64,000 nt of DNA from Eledone cirrhosa (GCA_964016885.1 OZ024742.1:185566001-185630000); one strand, 5' to 3'; positions 38,378 through 53,223 are shown, counted from the first letter of the stretch. Made by a program: numbers and translations. The notes: generated by a model from the sequence alone, not told the origin.

Positions 38378-39916
38378 TTTTCTCTTTCTCTTAATTTCGA
38401 GTATATCTTTTTGACCGGCCACCTTCCTGGTGGCAAGGTTGTAAAAGAAAAGAAATTGTCATCCCTTGAATCGCAAGAATGTTTTGCAAATTTTGAAGGT
38501 GCCAGCTATCGCAGCCATTTGCAGACTATGAATTAGGGAGCTGCGCTTTTTGTCCGCAAATCCAAGTTCAGTCATACTTTGGTCCAAGCGGGTTGGTATA
38601 TAACCCGTAGCACCAATAATGATGGGTATGAAGCTAAAGGTGTATCTTGGATACTGGATTTGTAAACTCCTCATCAATGGTCCGTAGATGTCCTCCTTCT
38701 CCTGTATTTTTCTGACAACGTTTACATCAAGTGGGCAGCTGATCTCCACAACAGAACACGTTTTCAATGTGTGGTCCCAAACTACGATATCAGGCCGGTT
38801 GTGCTTTAATTTGGTGGCAGTTTTTATTTTCAGGTTCCACCAGTATTCCTTAGTGCCATCTGTCTCAATATATTCTTCCTCGTTTGTTGTTAATTTTGTT
38901 TTCCGAAGTGCGTTCCAGATGGTTCTAGCTATCCCATCGTGTCTCATGGGGAGGTAGTAGCGAGATGACATTCTTTCGCAGTTGGCAACAATGTGGCTTA
39001 CATCCTTGATCTTTGTTTTACATAGCCTACATTTATTGTCAGCTGCTGGCCCTCCTCTTTTGTGCAGCAGATATTTGGTAGGGAGTTCTTGTTCCTGTAT
39101 TGCATAGAGATATCCCTCAAGGTGTGATGTCATAAACTTGTCGGAACTCCATGCCAGGCTTTTTGAGTGGTTTATCCCCTCTATGGTCTGTGTTTTACGC
39201 CTCAAGTATCCATGCACAACTTTTTCTGTAAATTGGTCAATTTTCTTATCTTGTTTGAACATTGAATAGGATCTTCCGATTTCTCTGGGTGAGAGATTTA
39301 TATCAGGCTTTATTCCATATCTCTCCTCCAGATCAGTCGCTATTCTAATGATATTTCTTTTTTCATGCTCATAAACCTGGGCAAGATGGTTGCCAACCTT
39401 TTTCCTCTGTTGAAGGTGTTGCTTCAGTGTTACTATCCGGGTCTCATATGTTGTTAATATTGATTTTAGACCCCGGACACCTTCCTTGCGTGAGAAGTAT
39501 AACCTATCCACATCACCATTGATGTTAAAGTTCCCAGTAACACTGAGAAGTTTTCGAGTTCTAACATCCATCTCACTTAGTTCTTGCAATGACCAGTTCA
39601 GTAGGCCAAATGTTGGCGTTAGAATTGGCACAGCATAAGTATTGTGGGCAATGTATTTGTTGTATGCTGACAGTTCTGATGACCATATTTTCTTTACTCT
39701 TCTGAGGTATTCAGTTCTGGTTCTCTCCTTATTTATGGGTCCATCATATCTGACATTCTCATCCTGTCCAAGATATCTGTAGTTGTCACCTGACTGCAGA
39801 GGTTGTATTGTCAGGCCGTTCATCTCTAGATTTCTAGATGAGGGCACAGCTCTTCCACGTTTTACTGCCAAATATGCACATTTGGACTCACCAAATTTCA
39901 TTTTAATGTCGGTTGA
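38378..39916 (-). mobile_element. 5'-truncated R4/Dong-like RLE retrotransposon flanked by (TATG)n
   Basis: ORF 38459-39901. (TATG)n at 38350-38377 and 39917-40015. Confidence 0.85.
38459..39901 (-). CDS. RT thumb + CCHC + restriction-like endonuclease (partial)
   Basis: KFG..KC, YRYLG, AIQEQ, CRLC...H...C, RHD, NRPDIVV, EISCP.D, KEDIY. Confidence 0.85.
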   Translation of the reverse strand: MKFGESKCAYLAVKRGRAVPSSRNLEMNGLTIQPLQSGDNYRYLGQDENVRYDGPINKERTRTEYLRRVKKIWSSELSAYNKYIAHNTYAVPILTPTFGLLNWSLQELSEMDVRTRKLLSVTGNFNINGDVDRLYFSRKEGVRGLKSILTTYETRIVTLKQHLQQRKKVGNHLAQVYEHEKRNIIRIATDLEERYGIKPDINLSPREIGRSYSMFKQDKKIDQFTEKVVHGYLRRKTQTIEGINHSKSLAWSSDKFMTSHLEGYLYAIQEQELPTKYLLHKRGGPAADNKCRLCKTKIKDVSHIVANCERMSSRYYLPMRHDGIARTIWNALRKTKLTTNEEEYIETDGTKEYWWNLKIKTATKLKHNRPDIVVWDHTLKTCSVVEISCPLDVNVVRKIQEKEDIYGPLMRSLQIQYPRYTFSFIPIIIGATGYIPTRLDQSMTELGFADKKRSSLIHSLQMAAIAGTFKICKTFLRFKG

Positions 39917-40307
39917 GTATGTATGTATGTATGTATGTATGTATGTATGTATGTATGTATGTATGTATGTATGTATGTATGTATGTATGTATGTATACTT
40001 GTATGTATGTATGTATGTGTGTGTGTGCGTGTATGTGTGAGTGTATGTGTGTATACATTTTCATATATTCATACATAAATACAAATAAGGTTTCTGTGTG
40101 TGTGAATTTATAATACTTATATCTATCTTTATATATATATGTACACACACATATATACATGTATCGATAACCATCGTCTCAGTGTGTTTGGCCTTTAACG
40201 TTTGTTATAGCTCTGGTTCATCTGAATCATTGAGCACTTGCCACACATCTCGGAGGTTGTTTTTCGTTACTTCGTGGGCCGAAATGCGAATCTCGATAAT
40301 TTATGTT

Positions 40308-40364
<57 letters not shown>

Positions 40365-40675
40365 AGCGAGAGAGAAAAAGAGAGAGAGAGGCACATATAC
40401 AAACACTGTTCAGTAATATATATCAGAAACAGGAGCCAAAGAATTGTAAGACAAAATGTCTGTAAGATATATCTCCCTGTTTTCATCATCTCCATTAGAT
40501 TTTGTCTTTCTCGGGCGAAGCTAACTCCATTAAGATTGACGTTATAACTTGAGGAGATCTTGATGAGGGATTCAATAGATGAATGTTATATCCAACCGAC
40601 TTTCTTGTAGTTACAGCAAAATTTGGAGACATATTTCTTAATGTGATCCACCAATGTACATTGAGTGGTAATACA

Positions 40676-40712
<37 letters not shown>

Positions 40713-40773
40713 CACATCTGTATGTTTTTCTTTCATCTTATCTGTGTTTTTGTCATGTCTCTCTCTCTCTCTT

Positions 40774-40871
<98 letters not shown>

Positions 40872-40907
40872 AAATGTGTGTAATCCTTGGTACAGTTAGG
40901 TATATTA

Positions 40908-41670
40908 AGACAGGGGGGAAGAAAAAATGGCTTCACTTGTGCTTTCAACAAATTTATTTTCTTCACAAAATCCAAAAAGAATTTTTCTTAAAAAAATTAT
41001 TTTATAAATTAAGTTGTTGGTTGTTGGTTAGGTCTTAGGAGTTCTTGGTTAACGTAGGGGGTATTGTTTCGTTTTTAGAAAGACCTTTCACGCTGAGGTG
41101 CGCTTGTCAAACTAATGTGTATGTGGTGTGTTGTTCTATATATAGGGATTTAACATGTCTGTGGTGTGGTGGGGGTTTCTTTTCTCCCCCTTTAATAAGT
41201 GCATGGGTGTAGGTGTGTTGAAAAAGTGTTCATAGCAGTAATGAGTTGAGACGGTGAGTAGGGTTGGTTGGGGAGAAATGTAGCAAGTGCGGCCTGCCCC
41301 GGTCATTCTCGAAAAATTCCTTTATTCAGGGGAAAAAGCTTTTAGTATTGCTTTTGTGTTGAGAATGGTCACAGGCAAATCGCACCTGTCAAGTTTGTGA
41401 ATAATTATTTTTTTCTTTTTTTCCTGAAGAATTTTTCTACGTCCATAGAACAACACACCACATACACATCAGTTTGACAAGCGCACCTCAGCGTGAAAGG
41501 TCTTTCTAAAAACGAAACAATACCTCCTACGTTAACCAAGAACTCCCAAGACCTAACCAACAACCAACAACTTAATTTATAAAATAATTTTTTTTAAGAA
41601 AAATTCTTTTTGGATTTTGTGAAGAAAATAAATTTGTTGAAAGCACAAGTGAAGCCATTCCCCCCCCCCC

Positions 41671-41675
<5 letters not shown>
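40908..41675. mobile_element. Fold-back element with about 230-bp inverted arms in (TA)n
   Basis: 40908-41139 is the reverse complement of 41445-41675, with few mismatches. Confidence 0.85.
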
Positions 41676-41716
<41 letters not shown>

Positions 41717-42479
41717 TGTATGTGTAGTATATTTGGCAATATACTGTATGTTTAATTAAAAACATTTAGAAGTCCATTCCTATGAGTTTTAAAGTAGTGA
41801 CTATGTCACTTACTTAATCTCGGCGTTTCTTATATAGGCACATTCTTATATAGGCACAAGGCCAGCAATTCGGGGGGGGGGAGTCGATTAAATAGACTCA
41901 GTACGTTACGATTAAATCGACCCCGTAAGGATGAAAGGCAAAGTTATATACATAATGGCTGCATCTCAGTTTCGAGAATTGTCATCCCATGACCTTTTTG
42001 TCATACATAGCTAGCACGAACATGACGTTTTAGCCCTACCAAGGATTTAGATTCCTTTCTGCATATGTTGCGGCGAAAGAAAAAAGGAAGGGCCAAGCTC
42101 ACGCAACACACATGAAAATCGTTTTGATAAAGTGATACCTGTGCTTGAAGCCTTTTAAAGTGAAGGAAGGTCTTATACTGAACCAATCCCACTCTCTGAA
42201 CAACAGTGACAGGTATCCAAAAGGTAGAACAGGTCAACACCATTAGCTGCCATCGAGTCACAGGTTTTACATCAGAATTTTCCTTCTCTTAGAATGATGA
42301 CCCCGGCGTCTCTCATGAAAAATTAGTTGAGTTTGTAAGTACAGTTACAGGCGGTTGGCCATTCCAAGCACTCGATGCTGTTAAAAGGTCCATGTCGTGT
42401 TGTATTGTATTCCAGAGTTAAGGCGGCTGTAGTGTGCAGAGTGTGAATAAAAGTAAATGGGATCCAAGGCACTGTTGCA

Positions 42480-42563
<84 letters not shown>

Positions 42564-42762
42564 AGCTTAGGGTACAATCATAATGGCCGGGGCCGACTCA
42601 TCCTCGACATCTCATCAGTTATGCGTAAAGACACATTTAAAGTGTTGACATATGCCAATAAAGTTTATATATATGTTGCAACTTCCATCCTACTTACTAT
42701 ACATATATATATACCCTTTTACCCTTTACCCACATATAATATATATGTCTGCGTGTGTGTAC

Positions 42763-42820
<58 letters not shown>

Positions 42821-42827
42821 ATAGATA

Positions 42828-45800
42828 TGTTTCTTTTATTTGCCACCAGGGCATCAAAAGTGGGACAAGTACAATGGGGGGAGTGTACAAAACAAGGCGT
42901 CCTCAATAAGGAGGAGGCAATAACAAAATATAAAAATAAAATAAAATATAACAGAATAAAATATATAACAAAATCCTCAATAGAGAGGAGGCGCCTTGGG
43001 GGGTCGCACACAGCCCCGAAAAAAGTGTGCAACCCTTTTCCTCAGGAGCACAGAGAAGGGGTGCTCCCTTGGTCTTTCATCTTCCTCACCTATAGTCTGA
43101 TGTAGAGTGAAGGCCCATTCACACGGGCCATTCTCGCCACTTTCACCCATCTTTCTTAAAAACCGCTGGGATGCAGCACCTCTCACTCCATCCTGATCCT
43201 TCTTCCGAAATGATATTGGAAGAAACGGACCAGTTGTTGACCAGAGAGAAAGGTGTCTGACCTCAGTCCTTTCAGACGCGTCCACCATACAACCTCTTTC
43301 GCCATGGCTATTACGCACAGAAACACCGCCTCTCCTTCGTTTTTGAAGAGGGGAGGCGGCTTGATCGTTACAATAGACTCGGTGGTCAACCGGATCGGTC
43401 CCACCCTTGACAGCAGTTGTTCGACATATCCCCACAGATCAGCAATGCCCGAGTAGTGTACCAATGCGTGTGCAACGGTTTCCTCGTCGCACACGCATCT
43501 GGGACAGATCTTTTTCGAGGGGTCCCTACCCGGGCGCCCGTGTCTGTAGAGCCTTTCTCGAACGGGCAGAGCCCTTCTGTAGCACTGCCAGGCCAGGGAA
43601 CTCTGGAAGTTATCCATGGGTCCCGGGCTGAATGTCCTACAGAACAGGTTGGCCAGTTCGTCTTCCTCCATGCCTAGGGCTTCTCCGAGGGCGTCGTCGC
43701 ACCTGCTAACCACCAGCCCTCTATAGAATGATGAGGCGGATTCTCCACTGACAGTCGGGTCCGCCTGCCAGAGAGCCGTGAGCGCCTGGGCACACTCGGT
43801 GTGCCAGGCGCCCAGTTTTCTCGGTCTTTGCTTGACCCAGGATTGCAGCTCGGTGAGTGAGACGAGTCTGGGAAAGGCTCGCCTCACAAACGGGGCCCAC
43901 ACCGGTTGACCGGAGAGGAATACCTGGAGGTGCCGTAGCCTTAATGCGTGTTTACGTATCATTAGCCACGGCATCCCCAGCCCTCCTTTCGAAGGGTGTT
44001 GACAGCAGATGGATCTCCTCACCATAGGAGCCCGCTTCTTCCAAAGGAATTGGAAGAGTGCGCGCTCCATTTTGGCGAGCGTTTCCCTTGGGCAAGGCAC
44101 AATGGTCAGGCGGTAGTAGATGACGGACGCTATATAAGTGTTCGCCACCTCCGCCCGACCTTTCAGGGACAGTTTGCACTCGGCCCACTTCTGGGTCAGT
44201 GCAAACACCCTGTTCGTCACCTCACCCCAGTTCTTCTCCACCTGGAGGTCTGGTCCGAACCAGACCCCGAGCAACTTCACCGGACCCTCCGTCCAGCGCC
44301 CGACGACGCCATCGGAGGGCATCGATCTGCCCCTCCACGTGCCGAGTTGCAAACCGATCGACTTGTCCCGGTTCAGCTTAGCCCCTGTAAACCTTTCGTA
44401 CTCCTCCAGTAAGGTGCCGATCGCCCCGATTTCCGAGGCCGTCGACACCATTACTGTTACGTCGTCGGCGTAGGCCGACACCGCTTTCCGCAATCCCGGT
44501 TCCAACGGGATGCCCGGCAACAACTCCAACTTCGGCAGCAGTGGCTCTAGAGTCATTACATACAGAAGGGAGTAGAGAGGGCACCCCTGTCGGATGGACC
44601 GCGCGATTTCGAACGGCTCCGAGAGGTAGCCGTTCACCTTGACCCTAGAGCAGATGCGGCTGCTGTGCATGGCATTGATCCAGCCCCTGAAAACGGGTCC
44701 GAAGCCTGCCGCCGCTAGCACCGCATCCAGATAACCATGGTCGACCCTATCGAATGCCTTAGATTGATCCAAGTTGATCAGAGCCCCACCAAAGCCGGGT
44801 TCGTTCCCAACCCTCTCTATGATGTATCGCATGAGATGGAGGTTGTCGTGGATGTACCTGGACGGGATAGCACATGTCTGCGCATCTCCCACCAGGTTGC
44901 CCACGACAAGCGCCAACCTCTTTGCTAGCACCTTGGCCAAAATCTGTAACTCTGTATTTAGCAGAGTTATGGGCCTGAAATTATTTATATCGTCCCCCTT
45001 TTTCTCGTCCTTCCTCACTAGCGTGACTACGCCCTTGGTCACAGCACAGGGAATTCTCCCGTTCTGTCGCCAGTTGCAGTAGACCGCCTCGAGGAGATCG
45101 GGGAACAAGTCCGGCATAGCTACATATAGTTCGTATGGAAGACCATCGAGACCCGGGGATTTGCGTTTGCCGCATTGGCTCAGCACGTCCTCTATCTCAG
45201 CGGCTGAAATCGGCTCCTCGCAGGACTTCGCCTCCCTGTCCGAGAGACGCGGCAGGCCGTCGAGGTATGGACCGAAGTCCACATCCCCAACGGGCCCCCC
45301 GCCCCTTCCGAAAAATCCGGCAAAGTGCTTTTGAAAAGCCTCGCACATCTGCTTAAGTTCAAGGATCACCCGTCCATCCTGGTCTCGCAAAGACCGGATA
45401 GTGGATCTGCTCCCTCTTTTGGCTTCTGTCACGCGGGCCCAGCTAACAGCTTTGGTCCCCTCGTTTCCCAGAGCACGTATTTTGCTTCGGGCGATGCAGC
45501 CTTCGTGTTTCGCGTCGAAGAACTGGCCCAGGGCCGTTCTCGACGCTAGCACTCTGGCCACGTCGCCGCTTCTAATTGCCTCTTCTACACTATCTACCAA
45601 CTCCCTTTCCTTCCTGTTTCTATTAGAGGCTAACTCCTTACTAAATTCTATAGAGACTACTCTAATCTCTCTTTTGAGAGATCCCCACCACCTGCTGTTG
45701 ACGATGGTGCCCGTCAACCGCTCCTTAACTAAAGTGCTAATCCGGTCCCTTCTAAGCCTTACTTGCCGGTAAGGACAAGTTGAGCTTCCAGTAACCGGGT

Positions 45801-46027
45801 CCCTGTCTATGATTTCTGTCAAGGTTGACCATGCAGGTCACTAACTTGTGGTCTGAATAGCCAACCATGCGCATTTTTGGACAACTTAAAAAGTCCTTAT
45901 CCTTAATTCTAACTAAGAACCTATCTAGGTACGACCTAGATGATCCGCTACGATTTGCCCAAGTCCAGGTTGGCGCAGTCGGAAAATCTAGTCGATATCT
46001 ATCGGCCAGGTCAAATCGACCTATTAA
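42828..46027 (-). mobile_element. 5'-truncated Tx1-type LINE, Tx1-B, flanked by (GATA)n
   Basis: ORF2 is homologous to Tx1-A. AATAAA precedes a (TATC)n tail. (GATA)n at 42763-42826 and 46027-46115. Confidence 0.92.
43183..45822 (-). CDS. Tx1 ORF2 RT region (partial; endonuclease remnant upstream in another frame)
   Basis: KSPGLDGLPYE, DQSKAFD, QGCPL, YADD, CPRC. Confidence 0.88.
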   Translation of the reverse strand: MTEIIDRDPVTGSSTCPYRQVRLRRDRISTLVKERLTGTIVNSRWWGSLKREIRVVSIEFSKELASNRNRKERELVDSVEEAIRSGDVARVLASRTALGQFFDAKHEGCIARSKIRALGNEGTKAVSWARVTEAKRGSRSTIRSLRDQDGRVILELKQMCEAFQKHFAGFFGRGGGPVGDVDFGPYLDGLPRLSDREAKSCEEPISAAEIEDVLSQCGKRKSPGLDGLPYELYVAMPDLFPDLLEAVYCNWRQNGRIPCAVTKGVVTLVRKDEKKGDDINNFRPITLLNTELQILAKVLAKRLALVVGNLVGDAQTCAIPSRYIHDNLHLMRYIIERVGNEPGFGGALINLDQSKAFDRVDHGYLDAVLAAAGFGPVFRGWINAMHSSRICSRVKVNGYLSEPFEIARSIRQGCPLYSLLYVMTLEPLLPKLELLPGIPLEPGLRKAVSAYADDVTVMVSTASEIGAIGTLLEEYERFTGAKLNRDKSIGLQLGTWRGRSMPSDGVVGRWTEGPVKLLGVWFGPDLQVEKNWGEVTNRVFALTQKWAECKLSLKGRAEVANTYIASVIYYRLTIVPCPRETLAKMERALFQFLWKKRAPMVRRSICCQHPSKGGLGMPWLMIRKHALRLRHLQVFLSGQPVWAPFVRRAFPRLVSLTELQSWVKQRPRKLGAWHTECAQALTALWQADPTVSGESASSFYRGLVVSRCDDALGEALGMEEDELANLFCRTFSPGPMDNFQSSLAWQCYRRALPVRERLYRHGRPGRDPSKKICPRCVCDEETVAHALVHYSGIADLWGYVEQLLSRVGPIRLTTESIVTIKPPPLFKNEGEAVFLCVIAMAKEVVWWTRLKGLRSDTFLSGQQLVRFFQYHFGRRIRME

Positions 46028-46042
46028 TAGATAGATAGATAT

Positions 46043-46116
<74 letters not shown>

Positions 46117-46299
46117 TAAATGTTAGGTTGAAGATTTAGAGGTAGAAAATAATTCCTGAGTGGGTGGCTCCATATATAGAGCAAAGTCGTTTTTCTTCAA
46201 ATTATATATAATATATTTTGGTTACGCTTCGTTAAACACACGAAAAGAAGAAAACAATAAGTGAGAATGGAATGATGCATATTTTAGCATATTTTAGTA

Positions 46300-46375
<76 letters not shown>

Positions 46376-47122
46376 AAATTTCAGGTTATCAATAATGTAG
46401 TGATAATATATCGTTACGTTAGAGATGAACAGCGTACGTGCAGGTTTGCTCAACGAGTATAAATTATATTCCGGAGAAATGTAGAAAGGATGAATATAAA
46501 ATGAAAGTGCTTTTGTTAAAAAAGGAATTTATTAGGTATTGACATATGTTTCTGTAACAGACCGAATACCTATGTATCGCTGCTTGCGTAATCATATAAT
46601 GTTAGCAAGTATTCGATAGCAAATGTATAATCAGTTGTCACTTCTTCAGAGATTTTGGATAAACTGGATAAAATCAGAAAAATTGAAGTATTTATATTAG
46701 TAAAAGAGGAAGGAACAGAGGGGATAGAATATGACAGATGGTAAAATAATTTACTGCTAAACAAGTATATAATGGGTTTTTAATGAGAATACCATGAGTA
46801 AATCTAAATAAGAATTTTGGGGGTGCCGATTTTAATCTCTACTTGACCAACTGGACAGTGGACAGGGCTGGTCATTTGGTGCAGTAGTATTAATCATAAA
46901 GTGTCAATTGGGGAAGGGGGAGATTTCGATTGCTACTAAATAACATCAATGCTAGTGGTCAGCTGGTATTTGCTCTAGGGAATTGAATCAAAAAATCAGA
47001 AATCTCATTTTATCTATAGCAGTTTGTATTAAAAGGTAAATAATAGAAGAGTTGATAGAATTAAGACTAATAAAGAATGTTCATATCTATTTTGACAATC
47101 AAACGGGGATAGAGACAGGCGT

Positions 47123-49311
47123 TCAATCCTGGTAGTATTTATAATATGAAAATGTAGATTTTAAGCGATGGTTACAGTATAACGATCGCTCTATTCTGTT
47201 ATTTAATAAAATGTTTTTGGATTTCATAATACAAAATAATTCTACATTACATAATCTACAAAATTCCTGTCCATTGGAATATGGGGGGGCAGTCGCTATT
47301 ATATCCCATTTTAGGTGAAATTGTTGGTTATTTTCACGCAGCTGCCAAGCCTTGTCTGCGAGTGTTGTTACATAACGCTGGTTTTCATGTTTTATCGAAT
47401 AACGATGTCTATAAAGGCGTGATTTAAAGGAGGTGGCTGTAGATCCCACATAGTACCACTTCTGTCTATCCGATTCGATAGTACATTTGTATACGATGTT
47501 GCGTTCAAGACACTGGTTGTTCAACGGACACATTCCTGGTTGGACACAGTTGCAATTACAATTTTGCGTTGTTGTATTGCCATGGATGGGTTGATGAGGT
47601 TGCTTATGTAGAACAGGATGTTGTTTGTTGTTTTGTGATGTTATAGCTAATGTTTTAAGTGTATTGTTATGTGTTGGAAGGCGTTTATACAACCGTTTTG
47701 CGTTAAGCATTTTTATATGTTGTTCAATATTAGGGGCGGTTGAATATGAAAGTCGGATGGTGTTAGGGTTTAAGATTTTATTATATTTATGTGATGTTGG
47801 AAAGTGTTTTCTAACTAATCGAAAGAATTTTGAGGGTAGATTGGTTTTAATAGATTTGTTATAGACCGGGTTGTACCAGATATACTCCTTACATCGCCTT
47901 CTGTTTGGTGGTGTGCGACTATTATTGTGTCTATTGCGGTAGTGTATGTATGGTGGTGATTCTGTGCTATTTCTACTCCTATGTGATTTATTTTGGGTGT
48001 TTTGGTGATCATTGACTATATACTCTATATTATCTAGGTGACCGGCTTTCCTAAGTGCATCATCATAATACTCGGCATGTTCTTTGAAGGTTTGTTGGTT
48101 GGACGATAGGCGGGAGATTCTAAGAGAAACATTTCTAGGGATGGATTTAATTATAGAGAGTGGATGGTTAGAACTCGTATTTACATATTTAAGGTTCTCA
48201 TTTAGTTTATGGAACGGTTTAATCGTATCTGTATTGAGATTGAAAGTAACATCAAGGAAATTGACCTCTTTGAGGTTATATTCAAATGTAATATTTAATC
48301 CTAGTTCTTTAAAAAGTTTTCTGATATTTTTACGCATCCTTTCTAAATTCTGGTTATTCATATTCTTAACTAATAGGAGCGCATCGTCACGGTAAATTCC
48401 ACCGTGGAGATCCTTGAATTTTCCTTGTAATCTGTGGGTGATATAAATTCCCACAAGATCTGTTACCTCCGCCGAATCATTAGAACCCATAGTGATATCA
48501 AAATTAGAAGGTCTATCTTTGCGAACCCAGTAGCTATCATCGAATTTAACTATAGTTTTTCTCGCTTCCATAATAATTTTAATTTCAGCATCCGTAAGGT
48601 CGGAATTATCCTTAGCGAACGAAAGAGCTTCATGTAGAGTATCAGGTGAAATTGAGGAATAATATTCATCAATATCAAACTGAATAAATTTTGATTTTTT
48701 CTTATCAGTAATGTTGTTAAACCATCTTATTGCTTCATGAGTGTTACCCCATAGTTTAATCTCTACTTTAACCTTAACTTGGGGGATAATTCTGTCTAGT
48801 ATATATTTGCTAATTTTACCTATATCTGATTTAGAGGGGCATATAAGTCTAATATTAGGGTTAGTATCGAAGTTTACCTTGTGGTCCTTCAGGTTGAAGG
48901 ATGGTATAGCTGGTGTTAAGGGTTGCGTTCTATCGTCAATACAAAGTTTTTTAACAATATCACATGCCGAGTTGTTGATGTTTTTAAGTGTGGCTTCATT
49001 AGTTTTCCTGTATTTTTTATGCAATTCCTTACGGATGAAGTTATTGTAAGTGTCCACATCCATGGTATATACGTTTGATGTTTTGTCTGCTCTAACAATA
49101 ACTCCATTGGCGTTTTTTAGATTATTGAGCAGTGCCGTGATGTCATTCTGTAGTTTATTGTTCTTACGTTTTGTAAATTTGATCTCCATGATCATATCCA
49201 TTAGGTCTTGTTCAAATGCATCCAAAAGTGGGTTTGAGGGTGGGTTCTTGTAAGATTTAAATCCAAATTTATCCTTGTTAAGATCCGATGTTTGGTTTAT
49301 ACGGCTTTTGT
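47123..49311 (-). CDS. PLE RT + GIY-YIG endonuclease, uninterrupted but 5'-truncated at the inversion (possibly Nematis-like)
   Basis: FDIDEYYSSI, MGSNDSAEV, IYRDD, NFLDV, WYNP, CNC...CPL...C, IVY...YYVGST, C.LC..E. The frame is open upstream of 49225 to the junction. Confidence 0.9.
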
Positions 49312-50703
<1,392 letters not shown>

Positions 50704-50799
50704 CCAGGGAGTGTAACGCGAAGTTACTGTAGGTTCACCGAGGTGAGCACTCAATGTTTAGATTCACATCTGTAGCGAGGTGTAGAGCTAAACAGAGTG

Positions 50800-51049
50800 T
50801 AATACAAGGACGAGTTGTTTAAGCCTTCATTACATTTTTTTTATTGATGAAGCGCGTTTCGCTATTAATCAACTCAAGGTTCGATCTGTATCGATCTGGC
50901 CCGACTCTGGAATCAAAAGCTCGCCGGACCTCTGCTGTTGTAATGACAGAATGATGTCGATACAGATTGAACCTTGAGCTGATCAATAGCGAAACGCACG
51001 TCACCAATCAATAAACGTAATGAAGGCTTAACAAATCGTCTTTGTATTA
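50800..51049. repeat. Fold-back with about 95-bp diverged arms and a decayed hammerhead-like motif
   Basis: 50800-50894 versus 50957-51049; gattg..ccttga-gct(gatcaat)agc-gaaac-gcac-gtc-ac-caatc. Confidence 0.6.
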
Positions 51050-51058
51050 TTATACACA

Positions 51059-51478
51059 CTAGCAGAAAAATCACCCTTCGGTTGGTTTTCTGCTAGCTTG
51101 TGCGGTGTGCATATTGATATTATACGCAAATATACATGCATGTAGATATGATACGTCAAATAAAATCGTAATTGACAATATACACAGAAATTGAAGAGAG
51201 ACTGTGTTACACTCTCTTATGTAATCAGTAAAGTAATCCATGATACATTTAAAAAAGACGATGTTATATATAAACTGCATTACGGTAAAATGTAATGAAA
51301 ACGAAAAAGGAGAAAATTAGCGACAGAAATATAAACATTATGATATACCTATGTAAATATATGGACGTTTATATAAGCGACATGTGATATAGCGTCCATT
51401 ATATCATAACCGGAAGTATTGACATTTGAAAATTTTAAAAGAAATGAATCTTAGTATAAGCAATCATTATATATAAGA
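51059..51478 (-). mobile_element. Possible non-autonomous Helitron-like element
   Basis: Hairpin ending in CTAG at 51059-51062 on the minus strand; AT-rich 5' end. Confidence 0.4.
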
Positions 51479-51552
51479 ATAGTTATGTTAAATCAACAGA
51501 TACGAAATTTAGGACATAAATTATATAATATTCATTCATTACTTATTCAAAG

Positions 51553-51742
51553 TAGGTGGATTGGCAGTATCGTTAGAGGGTCGGACGCCATACTTTGCAG
51601 CAAAGAGTTACGGCCCTTTATGGTCTGAGTTCAAATCCCGCCGAGGTTAACTTTGCCTTTCATCCTTACGGGGTCGATAAAATAAAGTACCAGTAATACA
51701 CAAGGCATAATTGCTGGCCTTGTGCCAAAAGTAGAAATAATT
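51553..51742 (+). mobile_element. SINE
   Basis: Same family as 17917. Confidence 0.8.
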
Positions 51743-51826
51743 ATTTATTCAAAGTAATCCAACTTATTTTACTAACGAGATTAAAAAATATAAAACGGAC
51801 GTTGTCCCCCCCCCCCTTTATTATAG

Positions 51827-51859
<33 letters not shown>

Positions 51860-52097
51860 TATATAAATTATAGTTGGAGATTACTTAAACAATGGTTATG
51901 TAATCTCCCTGTATATGTTTTTTATATTAACGCTCTGCCTATATACTTTTTGCCTGACTTATATTTCTCTTGCTTACTCTCAGTGTTCGCTTGTCTTGCA
52001 CTTAATACACATTGAGCACATTGTACTCTTCGCTACTGGCTTATATTTCTCACAACTAATCTCTAATCCCTCCTTGATTAGTTTGTACACTTACTCT

Positions 52098-52292
<195 letters not shown>

Positions 52293-52339
52293 TAATATAT
52301 ATATATATATAATATATATAATATATATATATATATAAT

Positions 52340-52426
<87 letters not shown>

Positions 52427-52508
52427 GACAAAGAAGGTGTAGTAAGATACCAGGTGGACCATAACGCACCAGAGTACTCAATATTTAGGGTAGTAGAGTA
52501 GAAAATAT

Positions 52509-52563
52509 GAAAAGAGTCAGGACCCCGACTGCTGAGCTCAGCAGTCGGGGTCCTGACTCTTTT
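52509..52563. repeat. Perfect palindrome; related sequence at about 57210-57245
   Basis: aaagagtcaggaccccgactgctgag|ctcagcagtcggggtcctgactcttt. Confidence 0.85.
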
Positions 52564-52577
52564 CCAATTTATATATA

Positions 52578-53070
52578 CTAGCCGAATTACCCGCGCCTTG
52601 CTGCGTTTCACACATTTTTTTTGTAAGAAAATGATGATTGATTTTAAATCAGTGATACAATTTATGGAGAAAAACTCTGCATTTCAATATTACTCAATGT
52701 AAAATGTAGTGCAAGAAAAATTGGAAAACATTTTTTGGGGTAATATATCAAATCAAAATTACATTATTAAATCTTATTCTTATTTTGTTTCTGGTAAATA
52801 ATTTTTTTTAAATATCAATTCAAAACTTTTGTGAATAGGCATCATATCTTGTCATTTACTTATGGTTTAAATTTCATATAAAACTAAGGGAAAACATTTT
52901 CAGCGGGGGTTTACAGCGGGGGTTTTGTGCTCCCGGGGAACCCTTTGATTAAAATGAAATATACCTATCCTAGTATCCTGGGCAATGTAGTTTCAGAATA
53001 TATATGGTTATGGTGGTCTATCTTCAAAACCATAGGAGTAGTTCGTGAACAATCAAACAGACAGGAATAC

Positions 53071-53080
<10 letters not shown>
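52578..53080 (-). mobile_element. Non-autonomous Helitron
   Basis: Minus-strand 3' end cgcagcaaggcgcgggtaattcggCTAG|T (GC hairpin + CTAG). The 5' end has ctgtctgtttg next to (TA)n. Confidence 0.65.
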
Positions 53081-53132
<52 letters not shown>

Positions 53133-53223
53133 GTAATAATAATAAATTTGAAGACTAAAATCCAAAGAGGGCTCGATAATGATAAATATATATCAAATAT
53201 ATAAGAACCGTAGAGCAAATATT

